DNA of 64,000 nt. Origin: Camelus dromedarius. Its lineage: Eukaryota. This document shows positions 1 through 15,067 of this stretch, piece by piece. The translations under genes and the position numbers were made by a program. The stretch is from NCBI RefSeq assembly GCF_036321535.1, contig NC_087436.1, positions 52,578,001 through 52,642,000 of the forward strand. Reading direction: 5' to 3'. Positions within the stretch are counted from its first letter, which is position 1. Every line of letters starts with the position of its first letter. The notes under the pieces were generated by a model. The model searched no databases, was not told the origin of the DNA, and saw only the letters and a list, made by a program, of their open reading frames with translations.

Positions 1-3000
1 TTCATAGAATACATATTTAGAGTTTTAAAATAGTTTTCCTATTGAAAATCTCAATATGTTTCTCACAATTTGGGAAGAATCATGGCTGCACCTTGATATG
101 GCTCTGGATGGCTTTCCTTTAACAGCAGATGGTTTCTCTGCTTTGACTTTATTAAAACACGTAAAACAGTTGTTAGCACTCCAGCCAACTGTTACACTCA
201 AGGTGCTGCACAGACAAAATATTTTAATGTCAAAACCACATTCTGTGGTTAACTTTTCTGTGTTGACCTGACTTTGTAGCCTGCCTTTTTATGGGTGTTC
301 GTGTGTGTTCATTGGATTGTGAACTTTAAGAAAATGCCCCTACATCACCTACCCTCCTTAATTAAAAGTAGAGGTTCCTGAGATGCCCAAGGAGAGGAAT
401 TGGGGTTTGAAACTATTTCCAATCAGAGAAGGGATAGATGGGAGGTCTTAATTAAAATAGACAGTTCAGACACTACCCTGCAGTATCATGACCTCATGAA
501 AACGAATGTCCCCAGAACTCAGCATCAGTCCAAAAGCTTTGGAGATATTTCTGTATCTTCCCCTTCACAATTCACAGAACTGGGGGCATGTGCAACATGG
601 AGCTTGTGACAGGTGTTTCATGTGACGCATCTTGATGTTGAATTTATCTGATGATCATCACTGGAACAGAATGACAGAGGTTTATTGGCTTGATTCCAGA
701 AGTGAAATTGCTGTAAAAGTGTCTGTGAGTTTGTATGTGAAGAGACACAGATTTTGCTGTAGAAACACATAAAACAATATACATCTATGCATGTGTATTT
801 TCTTCTTTCTGTTTATATCATGTTTACTTTCTTTTACAGATATGTAATGCTAATTACTGTGGTGTTAACTCAAACGTTTTCTGTTCCAAATAGGCCTCAG
901 TCCGATAAAGAGAGTGTGAAGCTTCTCACTGTTAAGACAATTTCTCATGAGTCTGGTAAGCTCCCAGATTGTTGATTAGATGAAAAATGGTTATTTCAAA
1001 ATCTAACTTGGATTTTGTTCATGTGAACATAACCAAAAAGCATAACTTCTTAGAAATAGTTGATTATTAACCCCCAAGAAATAGAAAATTCTCCTATGAA
1101 GGAAAGGAAATATTATTTTTGGTAAGACTGTTAGACTGTGGCTTTCAGAGGTTGAGTATAGATATGTTCTAAAGAATGGGTGGTGACGAGGCATTTCTAT
1201 TCTGCAGTAGTGGCATAAAAAATTATATGCTACAGGGTTTTTAAAATTTTATTATTGCTGTGGATTTGTTTCATTTTTGGTAATGACTATATAGTCGAAT
1301 GGAACCAGGATTCATCATATAAAATGTAAATCATATTTTACACCATTTCATATAATTTTAATTGAACTTCTCAGTAAGAACAAAACATAATTTCCTGTTG
1401 GTAAAATTTATACTTCTTTTTTCCAACTTCTTAGGTTTTGATTTTGTTTGGTTTGAAATGTAAAAGTTTTCAAAATATAGATATGGTTGTATGAGTTATA
1501 TTTATACCAAGGGCGATGAAAAATGAGAGGCTAGATAGCTTTTAAATATTAAAAAAGTAGATTACTTTTTTCATTTTGAGTAGACCAAGTATTTAAAACA
1601 TCAATTTGAAAAAATAGATAAATACAAAGTAATAATTAGTTTTACAAAACAATCCATGTAGCTCTAATTTAAATATCAGGTGACAATAAAAACACTTAAA
1701 GTATTCTGCCCTCTCAATTTTACCTAAACAACATAGTCTCAGAACACATGTTATGTAAAGTGAGAACTATTGAATGATAAATGACATTATAAATATGTTG
1801 CAAAAAACAATTTTGTAAAATATAAGGTTATAAATATAGTCCCAATTCAAGAGCAAGATGTCAAAGGCTGAATGTGGTCCCAATTTCAGGTAGGAAATTC
1901 CAACTCAAACAAAGTACAACAGACAAACAGAAGAGTTGAAAAGCAAGAGCATCCAAAATCTTCAGACATGGCCAAACCCCTCACATGAGCCATTTTCCTT
2001 TGAGAGGCTTTCATCCTTGTATCTCTTCTGTTCTTTGATGTACACATTTCTTTATTCCCCCACTGTTCTCCTGAATATAACCATCTGAATGAACAAAACA
2101 GTAAAATTCGCCCATAGAATAATCAGAGACCACTCACCTGTGTCCCCTGGCTATTTTCCAGCCTTGACTAAGCAGCCAAGTCTATTCTACTGGTCAGGCT
2201 AAATGTGAACTAGTCTCGAGTAAGCTCATGAAGGACCCTGAGTGTGACTCCACCGTTTATCAAGGAAAGTTCTGAGTCTGCCTGTAGCTTGTAAAGCAGC
2301 GTCACAGTGATTTCATGCACTGTCCTTTATTCCCTTGGAAATTTCATTAAACATACAGCAGCCTCTGGGGCTCTCCAAGCTGTGGTTTGGAAGCCTCTGC
2401 ATAGGAGCCCCTTGGTCTCCTTGTGAGGAGGGGGCTGGGACCAGGACCATTTGCTCCACCACCTGCTTCTTCCAGGGAAATGACAATTGAGGCTTCCAGG
2501 AGGGGAAATCCCCAGGGAACCTTGTATTTCTTGGTTGCACATGTGGTATCTGATTCTTCATTAAGGCCTAAGGCAAATTCTATGTAAGATTAATTCCATC
2601 TCCCACTCTCATAGTAACTACAGTAGTAAGTGGATAAATCGTGGTGGGATGATTAAGACTCTTAACTCTCCAAACTTCCTTTTCTTCATAAGTAACTTTT
2701 CAGGTCACAGGTCTAAGGAAGAAATATTATTATTGAAATAGTAAGATCTAGTCTCTGGTACTTCTATTTCTGCCAACCTTAAATTAGGAAGCACATCTCT
2801 TTTAATGAAATAACCTCTCAAAGGTCAACCTAGCTGATTAACATAGAAAATATTTGGTTATAGGGCAAAACTGAGATTGGTGATTCGGAGTTGATTTCAA
2901 TAGCCTAGAGTTAATCATCTCAAACATAATGAACTCCAAATGCCCTTTGTACTACCACAGTCTTTGTTAAAGTCTGTCCGCCATTAACAGGACTTATTGA

Positions 3001-4254
3001 CTCCTAAAACACATGCAATCAAATCTCTTCCCACCGTCTTTCAAAACTTATTCAAACGTGCTTTCTTTATAAAACTAGGCTCACCACACGCAACAGAAGT
3101 TACATTATTAGAAATATTTTTACTTAAACATCCTACTAGTGGCATCTTTCCTAAAATACAACTAGAATAAATCTGAAATGAGGTTTTATATAAGTTTACA
3201 GATTTAGCCCAAATTTCTATTATCTCCTATATAAATTTTTTAAACAGTTAAAAAATACAGAAAAGAATTTGATAGAACAAATGTGTGACTACCCACCACT
3301 CAGAATTGGTGATTGTTACATTTTATGTTAGCTGCTGCTTGGCCTAAGAAACAGTGTTAATTAATATACTGAAGTGGGTAACAACATGACATTTGAGCTT
3401 CAGTGGTCTTAAGAATTCATTGGATTGGTCAGTACTTCAATTTATAAACTCTGGTCTTAAATCTCAAAATAAATTTTGCCATTTTAGAGGTCAATAAACC
3501 ATATCTCCAAGGAAACAGAGCTCTGCAGAAACCTACCTTCAGGTGGAATGCCAGAGGATGCTAACTTTTCTGGGTTTTACAAGCCTTTATGAGTAATGAT
3601 TATTGTTCTCAATATTTTCTCCTGATAAGGCAGTTCCTTGCCCCAAATCCTCCTCCTTCTCTGACTGGCCATGATATTCAACCACGCACACTTCCTGCTT
3701 CCTCTAAATATGTTCTCTCTCAAGCAAGGTCCTTCTGTTAAAAATGTAGCCCATAAATGTTTAAAATGTGATTATTTCAATTGGAAGCTTTCTTTAAGGT
3801 AAAAGAGAAAGCCTTCTAGGCTATAAACAAGAATGTGTTTCCAGAAAAAAATGAGCGCCAAAAATAGCAGATCAAGGAGTCCTTTGTGAGAACATGTAAG
3901 ATCTCATTAAGGTTTAGTGAGAAATCTTGCCAAATTAAACATCACAATGATTGACTGCAAAATATGCATGTGACATGATGCATTTTAAACGTAATTCCCA
4001 CCTGCACATCTTAGAAAGTTAATAGACATTATCTCATTTTAACATGTAAGGCTATAACAATTATGAAAGAAACTAGTCGAAATTAAGGAATACATGATTC
4101 CACAAAAGAAAGAAAACATGGTATCACTGAATTTAATTTTAAAGCACTATTTGATTTTGAACTACTTAGAAAAAGAAAAAAGCAGATCTGAATTCATTAT
4201 AATTTTCCTCTGATTGGAAAACTCTGATTAGTTTGCGTTACCTTAGATTAAGTG

Positions 4255-4470
4255 CAAATACTTTAGCATGTCTACAAGGCCTTCTGTGATGTACCAGCCT
4301 TCTCTTGCTCAATTTCTGAACCACTTAATAACATATTTTCCCCAGGTCTCACTCATCTCCTATCCCCCGTCTTCCTCACTGACCTCAAGCGCTCCTGAAG
4401 GAGGGGACAGTGCGTTGATCCCCTTAGTCACTCCCACCTCCCCCTTCTAGCTGGTCATTAAACATTATTC
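4255..4470 (+). mobile_element. LINE-2 3' fragment
   Basis: 'cttagcatgtctacaaggccttctgtgatgtaccagcct' and 'ctcctgaaggaggggacagtgcgttg' resemble the L2 3' region. Confidence 0.5.
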
Positions 4471-6554
4471 ATATATTATTAGTATACTAATACTAATTAG
4501 TATATTATGGTAATTACTCATAAATGTACAGTTTTTTTGTTTATTTTTACAAATAAAAGTTCATTAACAACTAGAAATGAACTGAAGTATAAAGATAAGC
4601 TAAGGATTCATAGATTTAGAAAGCCATACATAGATTCTGTCTTCTCAGTCCTTCAATACTGGACTCAGTCTCTGCATTTACACCAGGCTTCCCTGACTGT
4701 CCCAAATGTCCATGGTCTTTCTCGCCTCTTATTGTTGGTTTGGCAAGTCAACATGCATCACTGCCCTGTAATATCTCTTCATGGCTTAAACTGCCATTTT
4801 AGTATTTGGTCACATGATGCATAAGGGAGAATAAAGAAAAATAGAGAATAGAATTAAAAATTACATACGAGAGACAACCGTGATAGGATCAGTATTGGCA
4901 TTTGGTGTATTTCCTTCCAGTTGTTTTGTTCTACGCCTATATGTATTTTGCTTGCTTTTACCATGTATCATTATTGTAACTCTTATTGGAATCTTATGAT
5001 TTTTGAATCTTTCCACATTTTCTGTTCCCAGTTAGACAGACTTTAGAAGATATTAAGGGAGATATTAAGAATTGTAATGATTTTCATATGGTTTGCTTTG
5101 CATGACTTCTGGCAGACAGAAGCGGTTCAATAAATATTTCTTTCTTTCTCTCTTTTTTTTTTTTTTACTTCTCATTCCTGTACTTTACAGCCATGGATTC
5201 CAGGAGGTGCTGTGCCTTTTGCAAAATACACAATAGTGAGCAGAGGGCTGTGCTGGGGCAGGGGCTGTGAGGGCTGTGCTCCGTGCTTGGCATTCCTCAG
5301 GGCACAAGACCTAAGGAGCTCTTGAAGGGGAGTCCTGGGGTTGTCCTCACAGGTCTCCAGCACTGCTTAGTATCGCCAGGACCATGCAGGTGATAGGTGA
5401 GATCAGTGGAGTCCCCAGAAGACTGGTTTCCTAACTGGCAGATAAAAGCTGGAGCAAAACGATGACATTTATTCTCAAAGCTGGAGACTTTGACCCCTGA
5501 TGTTTTTATATCATGTGGCTGATGTTGATACTTGAATCTACCTGAAAGACACAGGTAATGGGAAATGCTGTGACCACAAATCCAGGAGAATGGAAGAATG
5601 CTTGGGGTCTCCCAGCTTCCCATCATCCTCAGTTAATATTTATCTTTAGATTGGATGATGGAATAGCTGTTATTGTAATGGTCCCTGGGCTGTTTTGTAT
5701 GTCACCAAAGTATTTGTGTTGACCTATACATTTATTTTCACGAAACTCTCACTGAATTAATTCAACAGAGGTGCCTAGAACGTCTTCCTGATAAAATGGC
5801 ACTTCCAATATATGACATAGCTCTGCTTAGGCAGAGCCAGCTCCTAGAACAAGCAAAAGTCAATAACTCATTCCCTAGGGGCCTCCCTTGTTTTCACCTC
5901 CCAACTCACACCCCCTACTCCCAGGGAGTGAGTAAGCATTGCTCCTCTAGGGTGAAAACAAACAATGGCTGAAAAAAGCTCATAAATCTTGGTGAACAAT
6001 TTCCAGGCAATACCAAGACGTAAACTGCGGTTCTAATGACATTCTGGAAGGAAAATTAGACTTCCGTTGAAAAACAAAAAACAAGCCAAGAAACTTTATT
6101 TTCATCCTTATTCACTCTCTGAGCTTATAGATCCAAATGTATCTTCTGCTTTTAGGTGAGCATTCAGCACAAGGAAAAACCAAGAACTGACAGCTTGATG
6201 AATCCTCCCCACACCTGGGCAATAAATATGTAAGTTTTCTAATTTCATTCACTGAGATGCTCATTAATATCTGTTTTGTTAGCTTGCTGCAGCTCAGATT
6301 ATTTTTTAAAGATTTTAAAAGCTGAAAAGTTAATGGCTTGTGTCAGTGAAACCATCATTTTCCATTTGTCTGAAAAACAAACTCTAAGAAGACTTGCCAG
6401 AGAAATGAGTGTCTTGGGGGCTGTAGCAGATTCTTCCAGTTGCCCTGCCTACCTCAGGAATGATACAGTTCGCTCTTTCTTCCTGTTGGTAACATTTTCT
6501 CACAGATGCAGTTTGCCTCTGCCTGGGTCAGTACACACACTAACTAACAGTGGC

Positions 6555-7120
6555 GGTTAGACAGGGTTCTGTTGCTGAGGAAGACTCGCAGGACCCAAAA
6601 TGTCAGTGCTGACAAACTTGCAGTTTATTGCAGGAAGAGAGTATGATGCAGCAGCTGCATTAAAGTAAGGATGTGCGTCACAGCCAAAGGCTGGCTCGGG
6701 GCGAGGGGTCCAGGGATGCCAGGTAGGAGGGCCAGTTGTCCTCCCCGCTAAGGACCGTACTGGGATGTGCTCTCTCTCTGGGACCGGGAACCATGGGTGT
6801 GTGCACAGAGTACCTCAAACAAGGTGATCCAATGTACGCTCTCCACTAGGGTTTCTTGTACCCAGATAGTCACATAGGCATATTCCAGCTATATAACTGC
6901 ATGAGTGACAGAGCCCTCCAGGTGTCTCAGTGAGAGCAGATGCAAAGTGATCAATCTCATTACAATTATTGCTGATCAATAAATAATTAAAACTGCTCAA
7001 AACTTGGGATACTGGTTTTCTGCAGCAACTGTTATTCTGCAGGTTCCACACTTTGACCAGGAGTCAGTGCAATGTAGGTGCATGTCTTATTTCAGTACAA
7101 CAGTCAGGCCAATTTCAGGC
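6555..7120 (-). mobile_element. Solo LTR, MER21/MER77-like
   Basis: 'gactcgcaggac...cagtttattgcagg...ggggtccagggatgccagg...ccagttgtcctcccc' resembles the MER21-type LTR antisense strand; locally GC-richer. Confidence 0.55.
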
Positions 7121-9149
7121 CTGCGGGAATTACCCTTCTCAGCTCAGCATGCGATTGTCTTTTGCTTTCCTAGAATTGGGTAAGAAAATTTCCTTCCGAC
7201 TTTAATTTAGTTTTCACAAGAAGCATTGAATAAGTGCCCTCCCAATTAGCGTTTGGTAATTTTTAGAACCTGCAGGAAAATGTAGCCTTTGGCAACTAAT
7301 AGTAAAAAGGCAAAAGAACAAATAAATAGGTATATGCCAAGAATTGGCCTGACCACAATGGTAGTCATGCTGGGTAATGTCCAGTGGGAGGAATATCACT
7401 GCTATGTCCACTGCCCACGCCTACTTCCCAGCACTAATGCAGCGCTGTCACCGATACTCAGCGAGTGTCTGTTGAGTAAGTGATGCCAGCCACACTTCTC
7501 TGACAAGGAGCGGAGACACAGACAAAGGGGTGTGTGTCATCCAGACATATGCATCAGTGTCAGAATTTCATCCTTCTCCAGCCAGCAAGGGGTGGGTTAG
7601 GATGAGAGGAATCGGGAAGTTTGCCTGTCCTTTTGCAAAGGACTCTCAGATGCAAGAGTCAAGAAGCAGAGAAGTTTGAGAAATTCATGGAGACTTGTGG
7701 TTCAGCCCTCCCTAGTGCATGGAAAGCCTCCTTCCATACCAGCTATGGTTTCTTTGCAACCCTGTGGTTGGTACAAGGATGCTTTCTAGATGATCAGAAT
7801 GCTCAAATCTTAGTGACTAATTGTCCAATTTGGAGAAAGACAAAGTCTTCTGTTCAGCTGGAAAGAGAAAGAAAGAAGAGTTGTATAGGAGACGAGGACA
7901 AAATGAATTTTCCTCCAACTCCCTTTCCTTTCAGCTTTTGTACTTTAAAAAAATATTCCTAGTGTCTGATTTCATGTCTTTTGATTTGCAGAGGCAAATT
8001 GCTTCTGTTGCCTTTCTGAGTAATTGTGGAATTATATAACGATGTTCTGAAGGGTAAATATCAGAAAGTAATGGGAAGAAGCACATTTGACATCTGTCAA
8101 TTCTATTGCCTATTTGTCTCACCCTTTTTCAATATATTTCTCTTAGCAACCACTGTACTTTAAATGTAGTAACCAGTGAGTAATTGCTTTCTAGGTTATC
8201 AGCTAGAAATCAGATATAAACTCAGAAATTCAGGATAAGTAGGAATGTATTTATCAGAACTAGAAGTTGAGAAAACAAAGTTGAGAAGTCTTTGGATCTG
8301 TACTCAACAGCAAACCCTGATAGAAACATTCACTCATGTTTAAAATTTTCATCTCAGTAGAAATTTTTAGATGTATTTAATGCTTACTGCTTCATATAAT
8401 GATCATCTATTTTGTGCAGAATATTATATTTAATGTAATTTGGCAGTGCAGACAGGAATTCCAAAATACTTTTCATCTATGATCCTTGCCCTCGCTGCAA
8501 AGCTTTGTCTAGTGAGAACATGAAATCAGACACAAGAAATAAGAAAATAATTAGAGAAAAAAATTTACAGCTATATGGACATGATTGATACAATTCATCA
8601 AACTAGTTCTAAAATCTCTGAGACTTTTATGTCCACAGGAGGAAGGTTGATAGGAGCTTCAGAAAATATTATCCTTTCACTGTAGATTTATTGCTATAAT
8701 TTAGGGACCATGATTTCTTGAGAATAAAAAAATGATTATTTTAGCTTAAACTTTTCCTGTATAACTCACTTTGGTCCCAGCTAGTAGCTGATGGCACCCT
8801 CAAAATGCCTATTAGTGCAAAAACAACTTGTGTTATGTTTTGAAGGCCACTGGAATCAAAGATTAGAGACATATTAGCTGTATGTATTTTTACACATATT
8901 TGTGCCCATTTACAATGCAAATAGTCTGTTATCTTCTTCTGAAATTAATTCTCTTATAACAAGGAGTGACAAGGATAACATAGCTAAAGGAATTGATTTG
9001 ATTACATAGAGCTTCTGCTGAGGCCAGAATTTCTCCGTGAAAATGTAGAGCAGGCAAGCACATACTTTTCTTATTGATGCCAACAAGTGGTCTGAACAAA
9101 CCGGGTAATAATGAGTGTGAAAGTGAGGACATTAGCTAATGATACCTAT

Positions 9150-9950
9150 ATAGGGAAAATGTATTAAGAACTGCATGTAAAAAAACAGAAAGAAGATCAG
9201 TTAGATTTTATTACACGTCTGATTAAGAATTTTAAAAACACGAAACAATATAAGAAAATTTAACGGTAAAAGCAGGAATTCTACCACATCATGACTTAAA
9301 ACTTCCAAACATTAAAAAAACTTATCCTAAATAAAATTACAAATTATAAATTGGGGAAATGTTTGTCATAAATATGAGGCCAACTAATTAATATCCTAAA
9401 TATACAAAGACATTTATACGAATTGGAAAATTTAAAAATGAGCTGACAATTCATAGAGGATGAAATAGAAATAGTAATATAAAAGTAGAGAAGAGGTCCC
9501 ATACTATTACTAGTCAAAATGTGAATTAAGACCAAAAAAATTATAACCTTCAATTTACTTGAGCTTTCTTTCTTTTATTTTTAAAAAATAATACTGGTGA
9601 AGCAAATATTTCATATGCTGCATTTGAAAATATAAATTGGATTAATCTTTCTGAAGAGCTGTTTGGTAATACTAACTAAGGGACTTAAAATATTCACATT
9701 TGTCAGCTAGTAACTTCACTTTTAGGAAATTTTCATAAGGAAATTATTTGAATGTGATTAAAGATTAAAATACAAGGAACGGTAGCAAACATTTAGAAAC
9801 AGCATGTCTAATGGTATGGAAATTTCAAATAAATTATGTTTCAGCCAATCGATGACATTATACAACCAACAAAAGTAATTCTTGAGACAATTTTTAATTA
9901 CGTGTAAACATGTCTAAGATAACGTTAAATGTGGAAGGGGGTACAATTTT
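9150..9950 (+). mobile_element. Old L1 (L1M) ORF2 3' end/3' UTR fragment
   Basis: A-rich plus strand with L1-like blocks such as 'aaattggggaaatgtttgtcat' and 'ataaattggattaatctttctgaagagctgtttggtaata'. Confidence 0.65.
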
Positions 9951-11018
9951 AGGACTAAACAGAAAGCCATTTGAATGTTCTGAGACTAATTTGGGCTGTA
10001 GAAGGGAGGGGACCTGGTACATCTGGGTCAGCCCTGTTCCAAGCCACCTGACAGCTTAGGAAGTAAGGAAGGGCACTTCAGCTCAATGAAAAACCAAGGG
10101 GCAGCAAGACCACTGGCTTGTATGAAAGTCTCATCCCACAGACCCTTAACAAAGTGAAACGTTACCCACTTCTATTTTTCTCCCAGGTACAATTCACTGT
10201 ACTTCCATTATTTTCTAAATGATACCCTTGATAATCTAAAAGCATCTTTGTAAACTTCCAGAAGAACTTAACTCGTTTTTCAATTATTTTTCTTACATTT
10301 TAAAATGAAATAATGAGGGCTGAAAAGACAACATCATAAGTAAAAAGAGATTTATTTTTTGATCCTAATGCATGACCCTGAACGCATTTCTTAGCAATGC
10401 TTTGCACTGGGTTTCACATCTATATAATGAGGACAGAATGATCTTTTCTCCTAAGACCACTGTGCTCTTTTGTTTATAAAGTGTTGTCAGTATGGTTAAT
10501 GAAGCTAACATGATACTTTATTGTTAAAGTGACCATTAATTTTTTAGAAGAATTATAAATTTATAAAATGTTAGGGTTGTGAGAGATTCAGTGACCATAA
10601 AGTTCTCTATTATTATTGAAGCCAATACACTGAATTTTAGAGATTATAATGTCTGAAAGAGAGCAAACACTGATACTGGTATGGAGATTCAAATTGAAAC
10701 TATCAACTAATAAATAAAATCACTAATGAAGCAAGCAAAATCCATTTCTTGAGGAAGATTATCAGTGTAGAGTACACGCTGATGAAAACTCCAGTTTGTT
10801 CCTATATTGGTTTCCGATCTTGCAAAAAAATGATTGATGCAATATTCATCATGAGCATTATCCTGCTCAACAAATCTAGATGTTTACCTAGCTGATCGAT
10901 GCTGCAAACTCTTAACTTCACTTGGAAACTCACCCACAGACGATTATGGTTCCGTTGGAAGAAAAAGTGACAGAGATCTCGCTCCTTGCAGATACTAGGC
11001 CAAGTATTAAGAGGGATG

Positions 11019-11296
11019 AGGTGGGAAAGGGGATGGGAAGGGATAAATTGGGACTTTGAGATTTGCAGATACTAACTACTATGTGTAAAATAGATAAACA
11101 ACAAGGTTCTACTGTAGAGCACAGGGAACTATATTCAACATCTTATAGTAACCTATAATGGAAAAGAATGTGAAAACAAATATATGTATGTATGTGAATG
11201 ACTGAACTATTATGCTGTACTCCAGAAACGGATGCAACATTGTAAACTGACTATACTTCAATAAATAAATAAATAACTCAAACTAAAAATTTAAAA
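11019..11296 (+). mobile_element. 5'-truncated young L1 3' end (artiodactyl/camelid type)
   Basis: 'gggataaattgggactttgagatttgcagatactaactacta...cacagggaactatattcaa...ttgtaaactgactatacttcaataaa'; A-rich tail; TSD aagagggatg at 11009-11018 and 11297-11306. Confidence 0.9.
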
Positions 11297-12769
11297 AAGA
11301 GGGATGTGACATGGATACTGTCCTCACAATGCTTAGAGGAGTGAAGAGAAAGACAAATAAGATCATTTTAATAGAATATGGTAAGTAATAAGATAGTGGT
11401 ATGTAAAGACAGCCATTGAAGTTTAATGGCAAATTTCTCAAAGACGGTATTTGAGTTGAGACTTACAGGATAAGAAAAAAAGAGAATGGCATGTGTAAAG
11501 GCAAAGAACTGTGAGACTGCATGGTATATGAAAAAAATCACGAGTAACTGGTTAGCCAGGAGCTGTGTGTACACATCTGCTGCAGGGTCAGTGAACCGTG
11601 ATTCTGTTTCGCAAGGAAATTAAGTGCAGAAACTGAGTGTAAGCATTTCAAATTGGGATAGCAATCTGATATCGCTTCAATATTTTATTCATGTTATTGT
11701 ATTTTTAAAAAATATCAGTTTGCAGCTGATTAGAAATTTTTGAAAACCACCCTGGTCCTTCACCTCAGATAACGGGAAGCTTGGGCCTGGAAGATGTATT
11801 TCAAGGCCAGAAGGGCTGGGCGGTGGGGCCAAAGCAGTTGCGGGCTCCACATAGTGGGAGGTCTTGCTTCCTGTGCTAAGCTAAATCAGAAACGACTTCA
11901 TGTGGTGAGAATGAAATATTTTCTTTTTCTAAGCAGAATAAAATCAGATTCTTTCCTTTTTATTAATGCCATCAAGAAGCCATTTATTCATTTTGGAAGG
12001 CTCTCTGACCTTGAGTGTAAAATGCACCCAGGAAATAAGTCCAGAATTTAAGAGTGGGGACTGTTTCACAGTCATCCTTGCAATCATTTCTCTCCTTCTA
12101 GAGCTACCCCATGCTCTGGCCTGTGCTGGACCACCTGTCAGCCACAGATGCTCTGGGGGGACATTAGAAATATCCCACTTAGTAGTCTTTTCCACAGCCT
12201 AAGTCTTGATGTAAATCCCATGTCCAACTCTCTAGTCTTCAAACTGACCCCAAGCCACAGCAGCCCATGTCCAGGTCTGCCCCATGTAAGGCAGCAGTGC
12301 AACCATCCCTCCCGAAGGACCTGCCTCCACCAACCACGCTGCGAAGGAGCAACATGCAGGTCTCGACCCTGGTCCCACTGCCCACCCTCACCCCAGCATC
12401 CTCCTCCTCCCAGACTCCGGCAGACCACCAGCACTGCCATCAGCAGCACCACAGCATCCTCCCCCTGCCACAGTGGACCACTGCCCTCCCCACTTGAGAC
12501 ACAGAAGCTTCCCTCTCCTGCTCCTTTTTGGACCTGCAGAGAATGATGTTTCTGTCCTGCAAACAAGGAAACCTGAAGTCATAAACCAAAGCCCTGGCTC
12601 TCCATCCTGTGGAGAAGTGGAAAGCTGCCTGCTCACTCTTCTTCATGATAAGTACACAGCAGCAAAGCATGAAAGTTGCCAAGAAATAATTACTCACAAT
12701 GTCACCCTGAGCAACAGACCTCAAATGATGCCCCACTGGTGATAAGAAACAGTGAAGGGCTTTCATCAA

Positions 12770-13210
12770 AAGTGGGGTATGATGAGATGTGTGCTCGAGG
12801 CACATCACTGAATATTTAATGTGGAAGATTCATTCAAGAGGAGTAAGATTGGAAGCAGAGAAGACAAAAGACTATTGCAATATACCCCAGAAAAAGGATG
12901 AGGGCTTCACCAGGTCTGCAGGTACAGTGGGAGAGAGATGAAGAGGCAGAATTGAACAGAGAAATGTCTGGAAGATACAGTTCTCCAGAGGTGCTGATTG
13001 CATGAATGTAGACACTGGGGAATGAGGACTGTCAGGGGTATAGGTAATGCCCACACTTCCAGGTCGAGTGCCTGGATGGATCACGGAGATAACAGCAAAG
13101 ACTGGAATCACAGAGTGAGAGGGAACAGGTTTGGGAGGCAGTGTCGTGGTTTCCTTTCAGACTTGTTGAGGTTGAAGTGCTTCTGGGACATTCAAGTGAC
13201 TCTACTAAGT
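12770..13210 (-). mobile_element. LINE-2 fragment
   Basis: Purine-rich L2 antisense signature: 'gagtaagattggaagcagaga...actattgcaat' and 'gttgaggttgaagtgcttctgggacattcaagtg'. Confidence 0.7.
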
Positions 13211-14908
13211 GGGAAAACTTCAGCTAGTCACTAATCTTTCTTATCAAGAGACAATCTCGCCCAGCATCTCTGCTGCTGCTTCACTTTCTTGGAATCTGAA
13301 CTGTTCTGTTTCCCCCCCACAGGCTTAATCTTCAGCTTCTGGGCTCCAGGGGTAGAAAGGGAGAAAGCCCTGTGGAATCAATCCTGACTCTCAGTCCTGC
13401 TCGCCAGTCTGCATCTGTCACCTGTCCCCATAAACTAGATGACACACAATAATCTGATGGAATCAAAAAGAATCCTGGGCCTCTCCTGTCCTCTGAGATG
13501 TGGAAAAGCACCTTAGCGCATTTTACAGGAACAATCCTAGGAGAATGAATTTTAGGAGGGGCGTCTGTGAGCAGTTAACCTGACAGCCCAGGCCGATGGC
13601 TTCACTGATGAAATGGCTGTCCCTTGAGTTTAAAGTTTCCAGAACCAACAGTTTTTATTCATGGAGACGTTCCCACTTTCTCGGTGTTCTTATATTAGCT
13701 AATGTTTGTATTTATTGTTTTCCACTAATGTAGGGGAAATTTGCGAGTGTATTATTAAATACCAGGTCAAAATCCTCCTTTGTACATAAAGATATTTTAT
13801 TCATACTTTCATGTGTTACTTTTAATAAATAATTACTGTACTCAATACACTAAAAATATCATAATGTGACTGTGAAAATGGCAATAGTATTGTCTTCCCT
13901 TCATTATGAGTATTTTGGGGTTGATTATTAGACTATGAGAACTTACTCTGAAAGGCATCTAGTAAGTGAGAAAGGGACAAAGGATTCACATATCAGGCCT
14001 TATTCAGGGGAAGTCAATTGAACATTTCTTTGGTCTTTCTATTTGCAATTCACACTGTGTGACAAGGATGTAAGGGCATTTGTGACACTGTACTGCATTC
14101 ATTAAGAAGATAACAGGACTGAGATTTTTCAGAATCCATTTGATTGATACTATCTCTGTGCATTTTTTATTTCTTTTAGAAATGTAATGATTTGTTCTAG
14201 ACATCATTGTTAAATCTCCAGTTTGTAGAAACCAACATTTCATAAATACATAATTGTGATATTATTTTCCAGTGTATCACTTTCCTAAAAATACCATATG
14301 ATTATAGTTACCACTCCATCAGGGGCAAATTCTTCTGTTGAAAGCTGACTGATCAACCTTGACCACTCCTTGGACACTTGGGATCAAATGTCATGTTGGT
14401 TGAAGTTCTGTGGTAAGCTGTGGAACTAACAAGCTGCCAGGGGCAGCTCTTTAACGTTTATGATTTATGATTACCTAAGCTGATTTCGATGTTAAACTAT
14501 CTTAGTGATACGAGGGCAGCATGTTGGAGACAGAAGGTTATGTTTAAAATTATGTTTTACAGTTTACTTTGTTGCAATCTATTTTGAAAACGGTCAGCAT
14601 TGAGGATTATATAAATTTTGGTTTTTGCTCCCTGATGTCTGGACCATTTCTAATCAAGGACACCAAGCAAGCATATTTATACTTCTGACTGGTGTCTCTT
14701 TATGGTATTTGGAGAAGAAAGATGGGAGTAGAAAAAAAAATAGAAAAGCAATAGGGTAGAGAAAAAAGCAAGGATCTCCAGTACATACACTTTCCCTGGA
14801 GAGATGCTTTGCCCATGCTTAATTCTAACCTAGAAGCCTTTAAATGAGTGCAACAGTGTCTAGAGCATGCCAACCATGGAACACCGATCTTCAAAAGGAA
14901 AATATCCT

Positions 14909-15067
14909 GGGGATGAGGGGGACAGTATAGCTCAGGGGTAGAAGGTAGAATGTATGCTTAGCAAGCACGAGGCCCTGGGTTCAACCCCCAGGACCTCTAT
15001 CAACAAAAATGAATGAATGAATAAAACTAATTACCTCCCCCTCAAAATATTTTTAAAAAAATAAAAT
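14909..15067 (+). mobile_element. tRNA-Ala-derived SINE (camelid vic-1-like), long-tail variant
   Basis: 'gtatagctcagg...tgcttagcaagcacgaggccctgggttcaacccccag' with A/B boxes, extra 'aactaattacctcccc' segment and A tail; imperfect TSD aaggaaaatatcc / aaggacaatattcc. Confidence 0.9.

Noticed and set aside
4478..4503. Overlapping AT-rich palindromes (attagtatactaat, atactaattagtat)
   Set aside because: Short and low complexity; expected in AT-rich DNA.
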